Part shown: positions 38,901 to 47,360 of the stretch, piece by piece
How positions within the stretch are numbered: position 1 is the first letter of the stretch
Layout: the number at the start of each line of letters is the position of its first letter
Assembly: GCA_964610125.1 (NCBI GenBank)
Contig: CAZSUV010000001.1
Span: 184,035-248,034 of the forward strand
Length of the DNA: 64,000 nucleotides
From: an uncultured Candidatus Saccharibacteria bacterium
GTDB lineage: Bacteria; Patescibacteriota; Dojkabacteria; SC72
Direction of reading: 5' to 3'
Program-made: the position numbers and the translations under genes
The notes under the pieces: model-generated
Databases searched by the model: none
What the model saw: only the letters and a program-made list of their open reading frames with translations
What the model was told of the DNA's origin: nothing

Positions 38901-41152
38901 ATAACTGTGCCTGTAAACGAGGAGTTAGTATTTACCTGGATTTGGTAGTAGTTTCCTGTGTTGTCCCCATCTATATCAGTAAATATTGCAGAAAATTCTG
39001 GGGTATTGTCAGAAACTTGTGAGGGATTGGTACTTCCTTCTGTTTGTAGAGTAGAAGGAGTACTTGGGGGTGTATTTTGTACGTTTTCAGCTCCAATTAT
39101 GGTTGCTTTTGATACTTTTCTTTGTGCATATATAACTGTGGTATATGCTGGTAGGTTTGAAACTGAATCTGATGTTACTGTTGCTGAGTGTGTATGTGTA
39201 GAGTCTGCAAAGTTAGCACCAGTACCATAGCTTGTCAAAGTAGCGGAAGGAGCTCCTGAGGTTATAGTTGTTGAATGTGTATGTGTTGCTGCGCCTCCAG
39301 TTGCTCCATATGTAGTTGCACCTCTAGCGAATTTACTGTCTAGAGCAGTAAATCTACTCCATCCTAATGGAGGTAGAGTAGAGGTTATGATTACGTTGTC
39401 TTCAGTTACATATTGGTCTGTGTTTGCCTTAGCAAATACCATATCTAGATATGGAGGTAGGTTTGAACTAGCAGAGACTGTCGCGCTTGTAGAGGTATGA
39501 GTATGTGTACTAGAGGCAATAGTCCCACTTGCTGCAGATGGGGTAGGGTATCTAATGATTATAATTCCAGAACCACCAGCAGCAGGATTTCCTTGCGAAC
39601 CACCACCGCCGCCACCATTACCAGTATTTGCTGCGCCAGCACTACCATTATATACAGCATCATTAGCGCCTCTACCACCAATAGCATATGTAATTGGACT
39701 TCCAGTAATACTAGAAGTAAATCCAGGACCGCCAGCCCCACCTTCCCAACTAGTAGGGGCAGCAACACCAGGACCACCAGCCCCACCACCACCTCCACCA
39801 GCATAACGATTAGCGGCCCCACCATTATAACCTTGGCCAGCAGTTCCAGTACCTCCACCACCCCATGATGCACCTCCACCACCACCTGATCCACCACTAG
39901 CACCCCAACCGTAACCACCACCTATTGCTGTTAAGCCATTAAATGAAGAGTTTAATCCTGAAGATGCGCCAACAACTATAGAATATGATCCAGAAGCAAA
40001 AGCTACATTTTCGCTATGAAGTACTCCACCACCACCACCTCCTCCACCAGATAGATTATCTCCTTTTGATCCTGCGCCCCCAGCGCCAACAACTAAGTAA
40101 TCAATATTTCCAGAGCCAGTTGCGGTAAATGTTCCACTTGAAGTGAATTTGTGTATGGTATATCCACCAGATGTAGTAATTGTTCCTCCAGTAGCACTGA
40201 GGGGTGTAGTTATAGTTGCTTGTGTTTCCGCAGATGTTCCAGTTACAACGTTAGTAGTAGTCGTATGAGTATGTGTAGCTGCTCCTCCTGTAGTTCCATA
40301 TGTTGTATTTGCTTTTGGCAATACATCGTCCAAAGCACTAAACCTAGTCCAACCAGTAGGGGTATCAACATCAAACATAGATATTAACCCCTGAGAAATG
40401 AGGAAAGTATTTCTGTAACAAAGAATAGCATCCTTGTATGGAGGTTGTACTGAAGCATTTGAAAGTATAGTTGCTCTAAGACTTGTATGGGTGTGTGAGG
40501 TAGTTGTCCCATTAGTACCAGCAGAAGTAGATCCGGCTATATTTGTAGTAGAAATAGAAGACGAAGTTGCTATTGCATCTGTATGGGCATGTGAATTAGA
40601 ACCCCCAGTAGTTCCATATGTGCTACTGCCGTACAAGAATTTCCCATCCAAATCAGATGCTCTAGTCCAACCGGAAGGACATGTAGTATCTGCATACATA
40701 TATGTATTTCCACTCCAAGTTAGGGCATTACTAATAGCGGTAGGATTACCATAGTACATGTAAATTGTTTTGCCACCATCAGGAAGTGAGGGTACTTTGG
40801 TCCAGATTTTTGTCTCTGATGTATTGCATCCACTTTCAATCCAGTAATCTAAAGAAGTATTTTCATCACTATCTGTAAATCGTAAATCATTGCAAGTATT
40901 TTGTAGTTTTCCTTCATTAACCAGAGAGAGTGTATCTACAGTTATTAATACATCCTCATTGGTTAAGGTCGAGTCAGTATTCTCTACTGTAACGGGTTTT
41001 CTATATTGCCATCCCAAATCCATCCACCCAAGCGTTGATGGTACTGGTATCTTTGCGAAGGTACCCACAATTATAGTGGAGATGATTAGTGATCTTATTA
41101 CTAAAAGCGAGAGCTTTAATGCTTTCTTCATGAGGCGTTTCAGTAAGGGCAT
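35954..41152 (-). CDS. 1732-aa surface protein: DUF2341, three tail-fibre-like HxH repeats with Gly-rich insert, Ig/FN3 stalk, carboxypeptidase-regulatory-like domain, C-terminal TM anchor
   Basis: WQYRKPVT...DLRFTD...LDYWIE...IYMYYGN (DUF2341); three copies of PxGW(T/S)R...GG..HxH...HxH...P(P/A)Y; YYWRMKFWD and YYYTIFALD (FN3); terminal hydrophobic helix followed by KKRRK. Confidence 0.8.
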   Translation of the reverse strand: MPLLKRLMKKALKLSLLVIRSLIISTIIVGTFAKIPVPSTLGWMDLGWQYRKPVTVENTDSTLTNEDVLITVDTLSLVNEGKLQNTCNDLRFTDSDENTSLDYWIESGCNTSETKIWTKVPSLPDGGKTIYMYYGNPTAISNALTWSGNTYMYADTTCPSGWTRASDLDGKFLYGSSTYGTTGGSNSHAHTDAIATSSSISTTNIAGSTSAGTNGTTTSHTHTSLRATILSNASVQPPYKDAILCYRNTFLISQGLISMFDVDTPTGWTRFSALDDVLPKANTTYGTTGGAATHTHTTTTNVVTGTSAETQATITTPLSATGGTITTSGGYTIHKFTSSGTFTATGSGNIDYLVVGAGGAGSKGDNLSGGGGGGGGVLHSENVAFASGSYSIVVGASSGLNSSFNGLTAIGGGYGWGASGGSGGGGGASWGGGGTGTAGQGYNGGAANRYAGGGGGGAGGPGVAAPTSWEGGAGGPGFTSSITGSPITYAIGGRGANDAVYNGSAGAANTGNGGGGGGSQGNPAAGGSGIIIIRYPTPSAASGTIASSTHTHTSTSATVSASSNLPPYLDMVFAKANTDQYVTEDNVIITSTLPPLGWSRFTALDSKFARGATTYGATGGAATHTHSTTITSGAPSATLTSYGTGANFADSTHTHSATVTSDSVSNLPAYTTVIYAQRKVSKATIIGAENVQNTPPSTPSTLQTEGSTNPSQVSDNTPEFSAIFTDIDGDNTGNYYQIQVNTNSSFTGTVMWDSTKTSLVPAVANGSKSQDISYAGTALQPGATYYWRMKFWDSNTYQNESNWSTTAQFTMNYAPTALNADITGAEDIYAGKALTIQTKYSDINGAADLDKLYLQIKNPAGTDIEYYITPTGSNQTGQFPTPVSGSEYISGITYDTTIGSPTANDITVTWHVTSNWNWTRGTSIQYGVKALDKAAAESIYSYNATTYKYENRLTFIGTLTVTDAQTNQITSGDWIGSNQVLTFSGVKVIYFGTTNIYPSDNDFDVKISNEESTEWTDLISSGENISIDITTANVTNIDDTYTLYILNMPTGGVDTSDLTFNIKTDNTNPNISSLTSNTHPNQSAWYTTTTANISWTISDSESGIENTWYIWDSNEETDLVTTIADGNLISEDAISFQNITEGSSYFHLATRDNCGNTAFSTYAANIDTQDPIFDSITSITNPIQTNWYPDSSATVNWIASDTGSGILGVWKLLNQNETLTIADVLVDGTQALANDTLATSELTNGIWYLHLVAKDNTSKTTYYKYTLKIDSSVVDIVEVTGANNGILQNTESGPVISWTDPNSTSGDTFYITNDGSIPNTSNYTYFTTSPSYDLPAQNEGETTIKVRALNGAGTYSETRSFVIKYDSIAPTNVSNFTATPTQRTVALAWQNPTNTDFSKVILMRNNTHVPLSTTDGAKVYEGTLSAYSDTNLSISTRYYYTIFALDNIGNQSSGTLAQATTPAAVTAPTQPGTPSEPEPVIPVVQPQTKIIKSQDLKEDQKIVVTTQEEKQLNSTDNGDIHTYANQTLKIEIPASTITNNSTNLKNVIITVNNQTYNMEYDSEKDTYKATIDSPSVKGTYATTIQAISKDNTSSLSITLALRVDPYGYVYTKDGTNELRILNAKVTLYTKDSNQEILWLSKDGTTNPQYTNQQGEYQFFVTPGEYKLVVETQGYMPTETEWFTVETNIVEKNIELKKTPYLWFGIIAGIEIIAGIGIAIFVKKRRKHSRDNV

Positions 41153-41207
41153 AATAATCTAATGATATGCGTTTTATCTTTTCGCGTCAAGGAATTTCGC
41201 TTATTAA

Positions 41208-42134
41208 CTAGGCCTCTAGTTCGAAAGTTTTTGGATCTATCCCAATCTCTCCTAACTGTTGCTTGAATACATCTAAGGCTTGTTCACTTCCGAGTGTATT
41301 GGCAGACCAATCTCCTCCTGCACATATTTTGTGATAGTTTTTGCCGTAAAACTTTTGCATAGTTTTTTCATCTGATTTTGAGATATTCCATTTAGGATAG
41401 AAGGAATCATATTCATTAATAACACTTGCATCTAATAGCTCATGCATACAGAACATAATTACCTCTAAACCTAAGGCATGACAAGCTTGGGCTAATCTCT
41501 TACACCCAGTATATGTCGCATATACAGATACTGTAACAACCTTTTCTAAATTGGGACATTTCTTTTTTAAATCTTCTATACCTGCAATCAAATTTCTACC
41601 AGCGGCAATAGAGTCATACATTATAGCGAGTTTTATATCTGCTAAGATTTCTGTTTCCTGTCCTTTGGGCAAATCTATTTTGTAATTACAAACTTTTCCA
41701 GCGATACCTTTGACGCCATTCTCTTCATCCTTTACATGGTGTACATCCATAATTAGGTAAAGTCTTGATTCAAAACCACTTCCCATATATGTATTTACAA
41801 ATGGAGATTGGGTGATAGGTTCTCTGATGAGCATAGCGCTAATAGCTTCTTTGCTTGGATTATATTTATGATTTATAGCCTTCTTAAATTCTTTAGTGGA
41901 AGCTATGGTATATGTGGCTGCGCATAAATCTACAGATCTAGGCATTCCTAGATGCAATCTTGCAGGTTTTCCGTTATGTTCAATTAAGAGAGATTTGGTT
42001 TCTGGAGATTGAAGAACATTAATGGGGACGGAATTGCGGAGGATTTTAGTTTGATATATTTTGTACTTGGAAGGGGTATTTTTGTATGGGGTTTGTACTG
42101 ATCCGTTGGCTAGTGTGGTCCAAGTAATATTCAT
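41208..42134 (-). CDS. Divergent type I phosphoribosyltransferase-like protein (UPRTase-like)
   Basis: IMYDSIAAGRNL resembles the PRPP-binding loop; C-terminal GGDW resembles the UPRTase GD motif. Confidence 0.5.
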   Translation of the reverse strand: MNITWTTLANGSVQTPYKNTPSKYKIYQTKILRNSVPINVLQSPETKSLLIEHNGKPARLHLGMPRSVDLCAATYTIASTKEFKKAINHKYNPSKEAISAMLIREPITQSPFVNTYMGSGFESRLYLIMDVHHVKDEENGVKGIAGKVCNYKIDLPKGQETEILADIKLAIMYDSIAAGRNLIAGIEDLKKKCPNLEKVVTVSVYATYTGCKRLAQACHALGLEVIMFCMHELLDASVINEYDSFYPKWNISKSDEKTMQKFYGKNYHKICAGGDWSANTLGSEQALDVFKQQLGEIGIDPKTFELEA

Positions 42135-42227
42135 ATATTTCGGGTAAAAATTAGATATATCTACTTGGAATTACATTGTAGAGATATATTTCATCTCAGT
42201 CAAATATCATTTGATTATGCCCTATAT

Positions 42228-42548
42228 ACAACAACTTTTAGGCTTTCCCTGGACTTCACTTAATCTGGCATATCATGATCATGTACTTTTAATGATGAGA
42301 GAAGATCTCTAAAAAGAAATGTAAGCCTTTGAATGTAAGCAGCTCAAACAATATTAAAAATATTACTGCTCAATTACAAGCTATTTCTATCGGTATAGGT
42401 ACAAGCTAAGTTCTAAAGACAAGCTATTATGAAAAACAAAATATTGGGGTATCTAACATGGATCGTTGAAGTTGTTCACAGTCCAGGCTGATAGCTTATG
42501 AGCAGATTGGTGAGTTCTCGGGGAGGGCCAATGGCCTTCCCCTTTTTT
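42228..42548 (+). ncRNA. Candidate structured non-coding RNA (unassigned)
   Basis: Four long-range complementary block pairs, G-U wobbles favouring the + strand, repeated AAGC motifs, and an intrinsic terminator with no sizeable + strand CDS upstream. Confidence 0.5.
42520..42548 (+). terminator. Intrinsic terminator
   Basis: GGGGAGGGCC-AAT-GGCCTTCCCC followed by TTTTTT. Confidence 0.85.
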
Positions 42549-42576
42549 GTATATATAAGTTATATAATCTATTACT

Positions 42577-43245
42577 ATGAAATTACTTTTAGTTGAGGAT
42601 GAAGAAAGTTTAAGAAAGCCAGTAAAATTCTTTTTGGAAAGAAATAATTTTTCAGTAGATGAAGCTGGAGATGGGCAAGCAGCTTTGGATATGGTTGATA
42701 CCAATGAATATGATTGTATACTTTTGGATTTAAATCTCCCAGAAGTTGATGGCATTGAAGTGGCAAAAAAGATAAGGGAAGGAAAAAATCTTGTTCCCAT
42801 AATTATGGTTACTGCTAGGTCTCAGGTATATGACAAACTCAAAGGCTTTACTCAGGGTGCAGATGACTATGTTACTAAACCTTTCGATTTGAAAGAGTTG
42901 GTTGCAAGAATAAATGCGGTAATTAAACGAAGTAGTACAAACAAAGAAGAAAATCTGACATTTGGAGATAGTACAGTTTTTCCAGAACGAAATTTAGTGA
43001 TAGATAATAAAAAGGGAAAGGAAATCTCACTAAGCAATAAAGAGATGGGAGTTTTACAATATCTTCTGAGGAGCAAGGGTGAAATCATTTCTTCGGAAGT
43101 ACTTCTTGAACATGTTTGGGATAGAGAAATAGATATGTTCTCTGAAACTGTTAAGACACATATTAAGACTTTAAGAAAGAAGGTTGATCCTACTAAGAAA
43201 TATATTAAAACCGTTAGAGGGAAAGGTTATTGTATTGATTGTTAA
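42577..43245 (+). CDS. OmpR/PhoB-family response regulator
   Basis: LLVEDE, LLDLNLP, GADDYVTKPF and winged-helix TVRGKGY motifs. Confidence 0.95.
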   Translation: MKLLLVEDEESLRKPVKFFLERNNFSVDEAGDGQAALDMVDTNEYDCILLDLNLPEVDGIEVAKKIREGKNLVPIIMVTARSQVYDKLKGFTQGADDYVTKPFDLKELVARINAVIKRSSTNKEENLTFGDSTVFPERNLVIDNKKGKEISLSNKEMGVLQYLLRSKGEIISSEVLLEHVWDREIDMFSETVKTHIKTLRKKVDPTKKYIKTVRGKGYCIDC

Positions 43246-43249
43246 CCAC

Positions 43250-43266
43250 TTCACATTCGTTTCACT
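43250..43266 (+). promoter_or_regulatory. Putative OmpR-family binding site
   Basis: Direct repeat TTCACA-N5-TTCACT (11-bp period) upstream of the ABC ATPase gene. Confidence 0.5.
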
Positions 43267-43317
43267 GCTTTTTGCGTAAATTGCTTGCTATATAAATTAT
43301 AGTTTCTATCTCATAAC

Positions 43318-43995
43318 ATGGGTAATATTTTAGAGGTTAAAAAATTAACCAAAAAATACAAAGATGGGGATATAGAAGTTACGGCATTAGACAATGTCAG
43401 CTTCTCACTCCCTGAGGGCTTCGATTTGGCAATTCTTGGGCCATCTGGTTCTGGTAAGACAACATTACTTCAACTAGCTGGGGGATTAGATACTATGACA
43501 TCTGGGGATGTCATCATATCTGGTCAAAGTATTAAGAATATGTCAGATACAGAGATTTCAGATTTTAGAAACAAAACCATGGGTTTCATTTTTCAGATGA
43601 TTAACCTACATGATTTTTTTACTGCTAAAGAAAACGTAATGTTACCAATGTTAGTTGCAGGGGTTAATAGATCAAAAGCTGAGGAAAAAGCGCTAAAACT
43701 TCTTGAAAAGGTTGGGCTTTCTCCAAGAGCGAACCATTTACCAAAACAACTATCTGGTGGAGAACAGCAAAGAGTAGCAGTTGCAAGAGCATTAGCCAAT
43801 GATCCAAAAATTATTTTTGCAGATGAACCAACAGGTAAGTTAGACAAAGCAAACTCAGAGTTAGTGATAGATATTCTTGAGAATCTCTCTCATGATAACG
43901 GGATGAGCGTAATAATGATTACTCATGATGAGAATATTGCAAAAAGATTCTCTCGAGTTATAAAGCTTGAGAATGGTTCAGTCAAAAATAATTAA
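43318..43995 (+). CDS. ABC transporter ATP-binding protein (LolD/MacB type)
   Basis: GPSGSGKT, LSGGEQQRVAVARAL and ADEPTG motifs. Confidence 0.95.
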   Translation: MGNILEVKKLTKKYKDGDIEVTALDNVSFSLPEGFDLAILGPSGSGKTTLLQLAGGLDTMTSGDVIISGQSIKNMSDTEISDFRNKTMGFIFQMINLHDFFTAKENVMLPMLVAGVNRSKAEEKALKLLEKVGLSPRANHLPKQLSGGEQQRVAVARALANDPKIIFADEPTGKLDKANSELVIDILENLSHDNGMSVIMITHDENIAKRFSRVIKLENGSVKNN

Positions 43996-44015
43996 TATAT
44001 TACTAACTTTTTAAA

Positions 44016-45857
44016 ATGAAACTTAAAGATATCCTCTTAATAAATATTAAGAAACTCAAAACAAAGACTAAAAAAGCTCTGTTTTTAATAATCCCCATAT
44101 TTGTTCTCATTACCCTAAGTGTTATTCTCTCAAGCCAGATTAAAAATATTCAGGCGGCTGCAGCTAATAGTGTATTTGGTACAATTGCACAAAAGTTTAC
44201 CCTCATAGAGGTACAGACTGAACAGACCGCATTTGATCCTTCCAAAGCATTTAATACTACAAGTAGCGTAGAAGATAACCGATTCTCGGCATTGGATGAA
44301 ACAACAATCTCAACAATATCTGGTGTTAAAAACGTAAGTTTGCAAACTACATTACCAGTAAAGAATGCAAAAACAACGGATCTATTTACTGACAAAACTG
44401 TGAACTTTAGTTCGCTTTCTACATTAGATACAACCGCAGCATCAATATATACCACTTCAGATTTTACATATACCGAAGGTGAAGCTATCCCTATTATTCT
44501 TAATGCTAGTGCTTTAACTACATCCACTGAGGACTGGGGTGGTAAGACAGAAATTACAATGGATACCTCTAGTATTACAAGAGGACAGGGTGGAATGGCT
44601 CAAAGACTTTCATTCCTTAAAACAGAAGCTATTACATATGACAAAGACAGTTTGATAGGGAAGACGTTTACAATGCAGGTTGGAGGTTTAGATTCAATCC
44701 AAGATTATACAATGGATAGGAGTAGTGGAACTATGGTAATCAAAAAACTTACAGATGAGGAGATGGCTACAAAAGTTGAAGAAAGAAAGACCGCAATTTC
44801 TACATATTGGAACTATGATCAAATCTCAACACCAATAACATATACATTTGTTGTTGTGGGTATTGTTGATGATAATACGGCTAATACTACTTACGTACCT
44901 GAGAATTTTGCAGATACTTTAGTCAAAGACTATATCTCACATGAGATTAGTTCGAGAAATGGAACTGCTATTCCAACTACAGTTTTAAATAGTACATTCA
45001 CAGGTGTTACATATGATGGAGTAGAAATCAAAACTAGTAGTAGTGGAATGATAGGGCAGATGGTTAGAAGATTTGAAAATAGTTCTTCCACGGGTAGTAC
45101 AAATAACGGAGGAACCCCTCCAGAGAGACCAACTGAAGGTGGATTGGGTTTTGGTGGAGAATTGGGAAGCAAGGGCTACTACATTCCTGGCTTAATAATC
45201 CAAGTAGACAGTAGCAACAATGTCACAGGAGCGGTATCAGATTCTAATGTATATACTACATCTACAAAGTATGGGGATTATTTAGATGTGGTGATAGATA
45301 ATGTGGTGAATAGAACCGCCGTTATTGAGGCTATAAACGATGCTGGTTATGCATATCAAGATACTAATGATGTTGCAGTATTTGATAAGTTGCAAAGTAC
45401 GTTAAGTACAATTTCAAGTGTCTTTATGATCAGTTTCATTGTCTTGGTGAGTGCGTTAGTTGCATTTACGATGAGTAAATTCATATCTGAAAGTATTAGA
45501 GAAATTGGTATCTTTAGAGCTATTGGTATGCGAAAAAACTCTGTACTTGCTATGTTCATATCTCAATCCCTTTTGTATGTATTGATAGGATATGTAGCTG
45601 GTATTGGATTAGGAATTGCCTTGAACTTTGTAGCAGGATACTTGGTATCGGACTGGTTTAGCACATTTCTTACTGAGACAGTAGCTAAGACATTTAATGT
45701 AGTAAATACTGTAGACAAGAGTATTTTTAGTGGAATTAACTTCTCATCAATTGGAATATATACTGCACTCTTAATTGGTATATCAAGTATAATATCTATA
45801 ATAACTTCTTTATCCGCTTCTAAGGTAAGTCCTGTGGAAGCTATAAAAAATGAATAA
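44016..45857 (+). CDS. MacB/FtsX-like ABC permease with large extracytoplasmic domain
   Basis: One N-terminal and three C-terminal TM helices, REIGIFRAIG; ends SPVEAIKNE. Confidence 0.88.
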   Translation: MKLKDILLINIKKLKTKTKKALFLIIPIFVLITLSVILSSQIKNIQAAAANSVFGTIAQKFTLIEVQTEQTAFDPSKAFNTTSSVEDNRFSALDETTISTISGVKNVSLQTTLPVKNAKTTDLFTDKTVNFSSLSTLDTTAASIYTTSDFTYTEGEAIPIILNASALTTSTEDWGGKTEITMDTSSITRGQGGMAQRLSFLKTEAITYDKDSLIGKTFTMQVGGLDSIQDYTMDRSSGTMVIKKLTDEEMATKVEERKTAISTYWNYDQISTPITYTFVVVGIVDDNTANTTYVPENFADTLVKDYISHEISSRNGTAIPTTVLNSTFTGVTYDGVEIKTSSSGMIGQMVRRFENSSSTGSTNNGGTPPERPTEGGLGFGGELGSKGYYIPGLIIQVDSSNNVTGAVSDSNVYTTSTKYGDYLDVVIDNVVNRTAVIEAINDAGYAYQDTNDVAVFDKLQSTLSTISSVFMISFIVLVSALVAFTMSKFISESIREIGIFRAIGMRKNSVLAMFISQSLLYVLIGYVAGIGLGIALNFVAGYLVSDWFSTFLTETVAKTFNVVNTVDKSIFSGINFSSIGIYTALLIGISSIISIITSLSASKVSPVEAIKNE

Positions 45858-46983
45858 TGATATGAAAAAGTTTTTTAAATCCTTAAAATTTAAAATGTCT
45901 TTGTTGTATTCAGGAATCCTACTGGTTCTTTGTGTAGGATTCTTCTTGGTGATGAATATCTTCGTGGTTGACTATATGCAAAAGGATATTGGATCACCAA
46001 GATTAGTAGGATTTAATAATGTTGGATTCATAGCGAATTTAAACGAGGAGAAAAAAGAATTGTTAAGAGAGTCTAGGCAAAATGATTTGGAAAATATTCG
46101 TTTAATCTCAATGTATGCAATGATTCCATTTGTCATATTGAGTTTTGGCGGTGGATATTTAATTGCAGATAACAGCTTAAAACCTTTGGAGAAATTGAAG
46201 GATGAGATGAAAAAGAAGTCTACAAAAAATCTTGGTGAAAAGATTGAGTTCGAGGACAAGGGGGACGAGATCTCTGAGGTTATACAGAGTTTTAATGATA
46301 TGTCTGAGCAATTAGGAAGATCTTTTGAAGCTCAAAAGGAGTTTGTTGAGAATGCTTCTCACGAGCTTAAGACTCCATTAGCGGTTATACAGGCAAATGT
46401 AGACAGTATTCTTGCAGATTCTAAGATTCCTCAAAAAGATTTGTTTGATATGCTTGATGATTCTAAGAAATCTATCATATTTATGAACAAGCTTACTGAG
46501 GATTTACTTCTATTGTCATTGGTAGATGTAGAGTTTGAAAAGAAGGAACTAAATCTAAGAAATCTTTTGGATGAGGCAGTAGCTGACGCAAAGAAATTAG
46601 TGGATGGGAAAGGGTTTAATATTTCCTTTAATGATGGACATGATATTAAGGTCTTAGGTAATGATGTGTTACTTAAGAGAGCATTTCAAAATTTGATAGA
46701 GAATAGTATTAAGTATTCTCAGGGGAAGAATTTGAATATTGATTTAAAAAAGAACAGAAGAGATATATTTATTACATTTAAAGATGATGGTGTGGGGGTA
46801 CCACAGGATAAACAGAGTAGGATATTTGATAGATTCTATAGGGTAGATAAATCTAGATCTAGAAAGACAGGTGGTAGTGGATTAGGGTTAGCTATAACTA
46901 AGGAGATTATAGAGAAGCATAATGGAGCTATTCATTATATGGATGGAAAGGGAGCTACATTTGTGGTTCGCTTGTCTCTGTAG
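45850..46983 (+). CDS. HAMP-domain sensor histidine kinase
   Basis: NASHELKTPL, NLIENSIKY, DDGVG, FYR and GGSGLGLAI motifs. Confidence 0.95.
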   Translation: MNNDMKKFFKSLKFKMSLLYSGILLVLCVGFFLVMNIFVVDYMQKDIGSPRLVGFNNVGFIANLNEEKKELLRESRQNDLENIRLISMYAMIPFVILSFGGGYLIADNSLKPLEKLKDEMKKKSTKNLGEKIEFEDKGDEISEVIQSFNDMSEQLGRSFEAQKEFVENASHELKTPLAVIQANVDSILADSKIPQKDLFDMLDDSKKSIIFMNKLTEDLLLLSLVDVEFEKKELNLRNLLDEAVADAKKLVDGKGFNISFNDGHDIKVLGNDVLLKRAFQNLIENSIKYSQGKNLNIDLKKNRRDIFITFKDDGVGVPQDKQSRIFDRFYRVDKSRSRKTGGSGLGLAITKEIIEKHNGAIHYMDGKGATFVVRLSL

Positions 46984-47320
46984 AGGTCTCTGGATTTATC
47001 TCAGATTCAGGGTGGGAATCTGTTGGTGCAGAATTTATTTCCCTTTGTGCTCTTTCGTTTTCTCTTTCTAACCTTCCAACTTCAAATACTGCAGATTTCC
47101 TAAGGTTATCAACAGAATAACCAATACTTTTCGCATTTACTTCAAGGCAATGTTCCAAATCATCTGGTGTTAGCTTCCCATCTCTTACTCTTTGCATTGT
47201 TCTTGCAGTCGAGGTTATGGTATTAAATACTCTAGATTCACCATCCTTTTTTATAGTTAATCCTTGTCCAATAAAACCTTCAGCATCTGATGTCTCTCCG
47301 TAATTTCCATTGTGTATCAT
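46955..47320 (-). CDS. Hypothetical protein
   Basis: 121-aa ORF filling the gap downstream of the copper ATPase; acidic tail; no motif recognised. Confidence 0.55.
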   Translation of the reverse strand: MIHNGNYGETSDAEGFIGQGLTIKKDGESRVFNTITSTARTMQRVRDGKLTPDDLEHCLEVNAKSIGYSVDNLRKSAVFEVGRLERENERAQREINSAPTDSHPESEINPETSTETSEPQM

Positions 47321-47360
47321 TATATTTATTAGTAATAATTTATTTTAAACGAGTTGTGAG

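Noticed and set aside
39497-39921. Pro-, Thr- or Val-rich ORFs in alternative frames, and an apparent CCA/CCG repeat
   Set aside because: Shadows of the Gly codons in the Gly-rich domain of the 1732-aa protein.
35954-41152. Prophage tail gene
   Set aside because: Has a signal-like N-terminus and TM anchor, sits among housekeeping genes, and no capsid, terminase or integrase genes are present.
42376-42426. Mini-CRISPR array from ACAAGCTA repeats
   Set aside because: Repeats are only 8 bp with 17- and 10-bp gaps, and there are no cas genes; no CRISPR array seen anywhere in the window.
42429-42491. 20-aa ORF MKNKILGYLTWIVEVVHSPG (and a 26-aa TTG ORF at 42329-42409)
   Set aside because: No SD or adjacent -10, and the 20-aa ORF overlaps the predicted helices; cannot be supported without conservation or ribosome profiling.
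42228-42548. tmRNA, RNase P RNA, SRP RNA or 6S RNA as the identity of the intergenic RNA
   Set aside because: No tRNA-like ends or T-loop, no GAGGAAAGTCC, no SRP loop motif, and the pairing is crossing rather than a single 6S-like rod.
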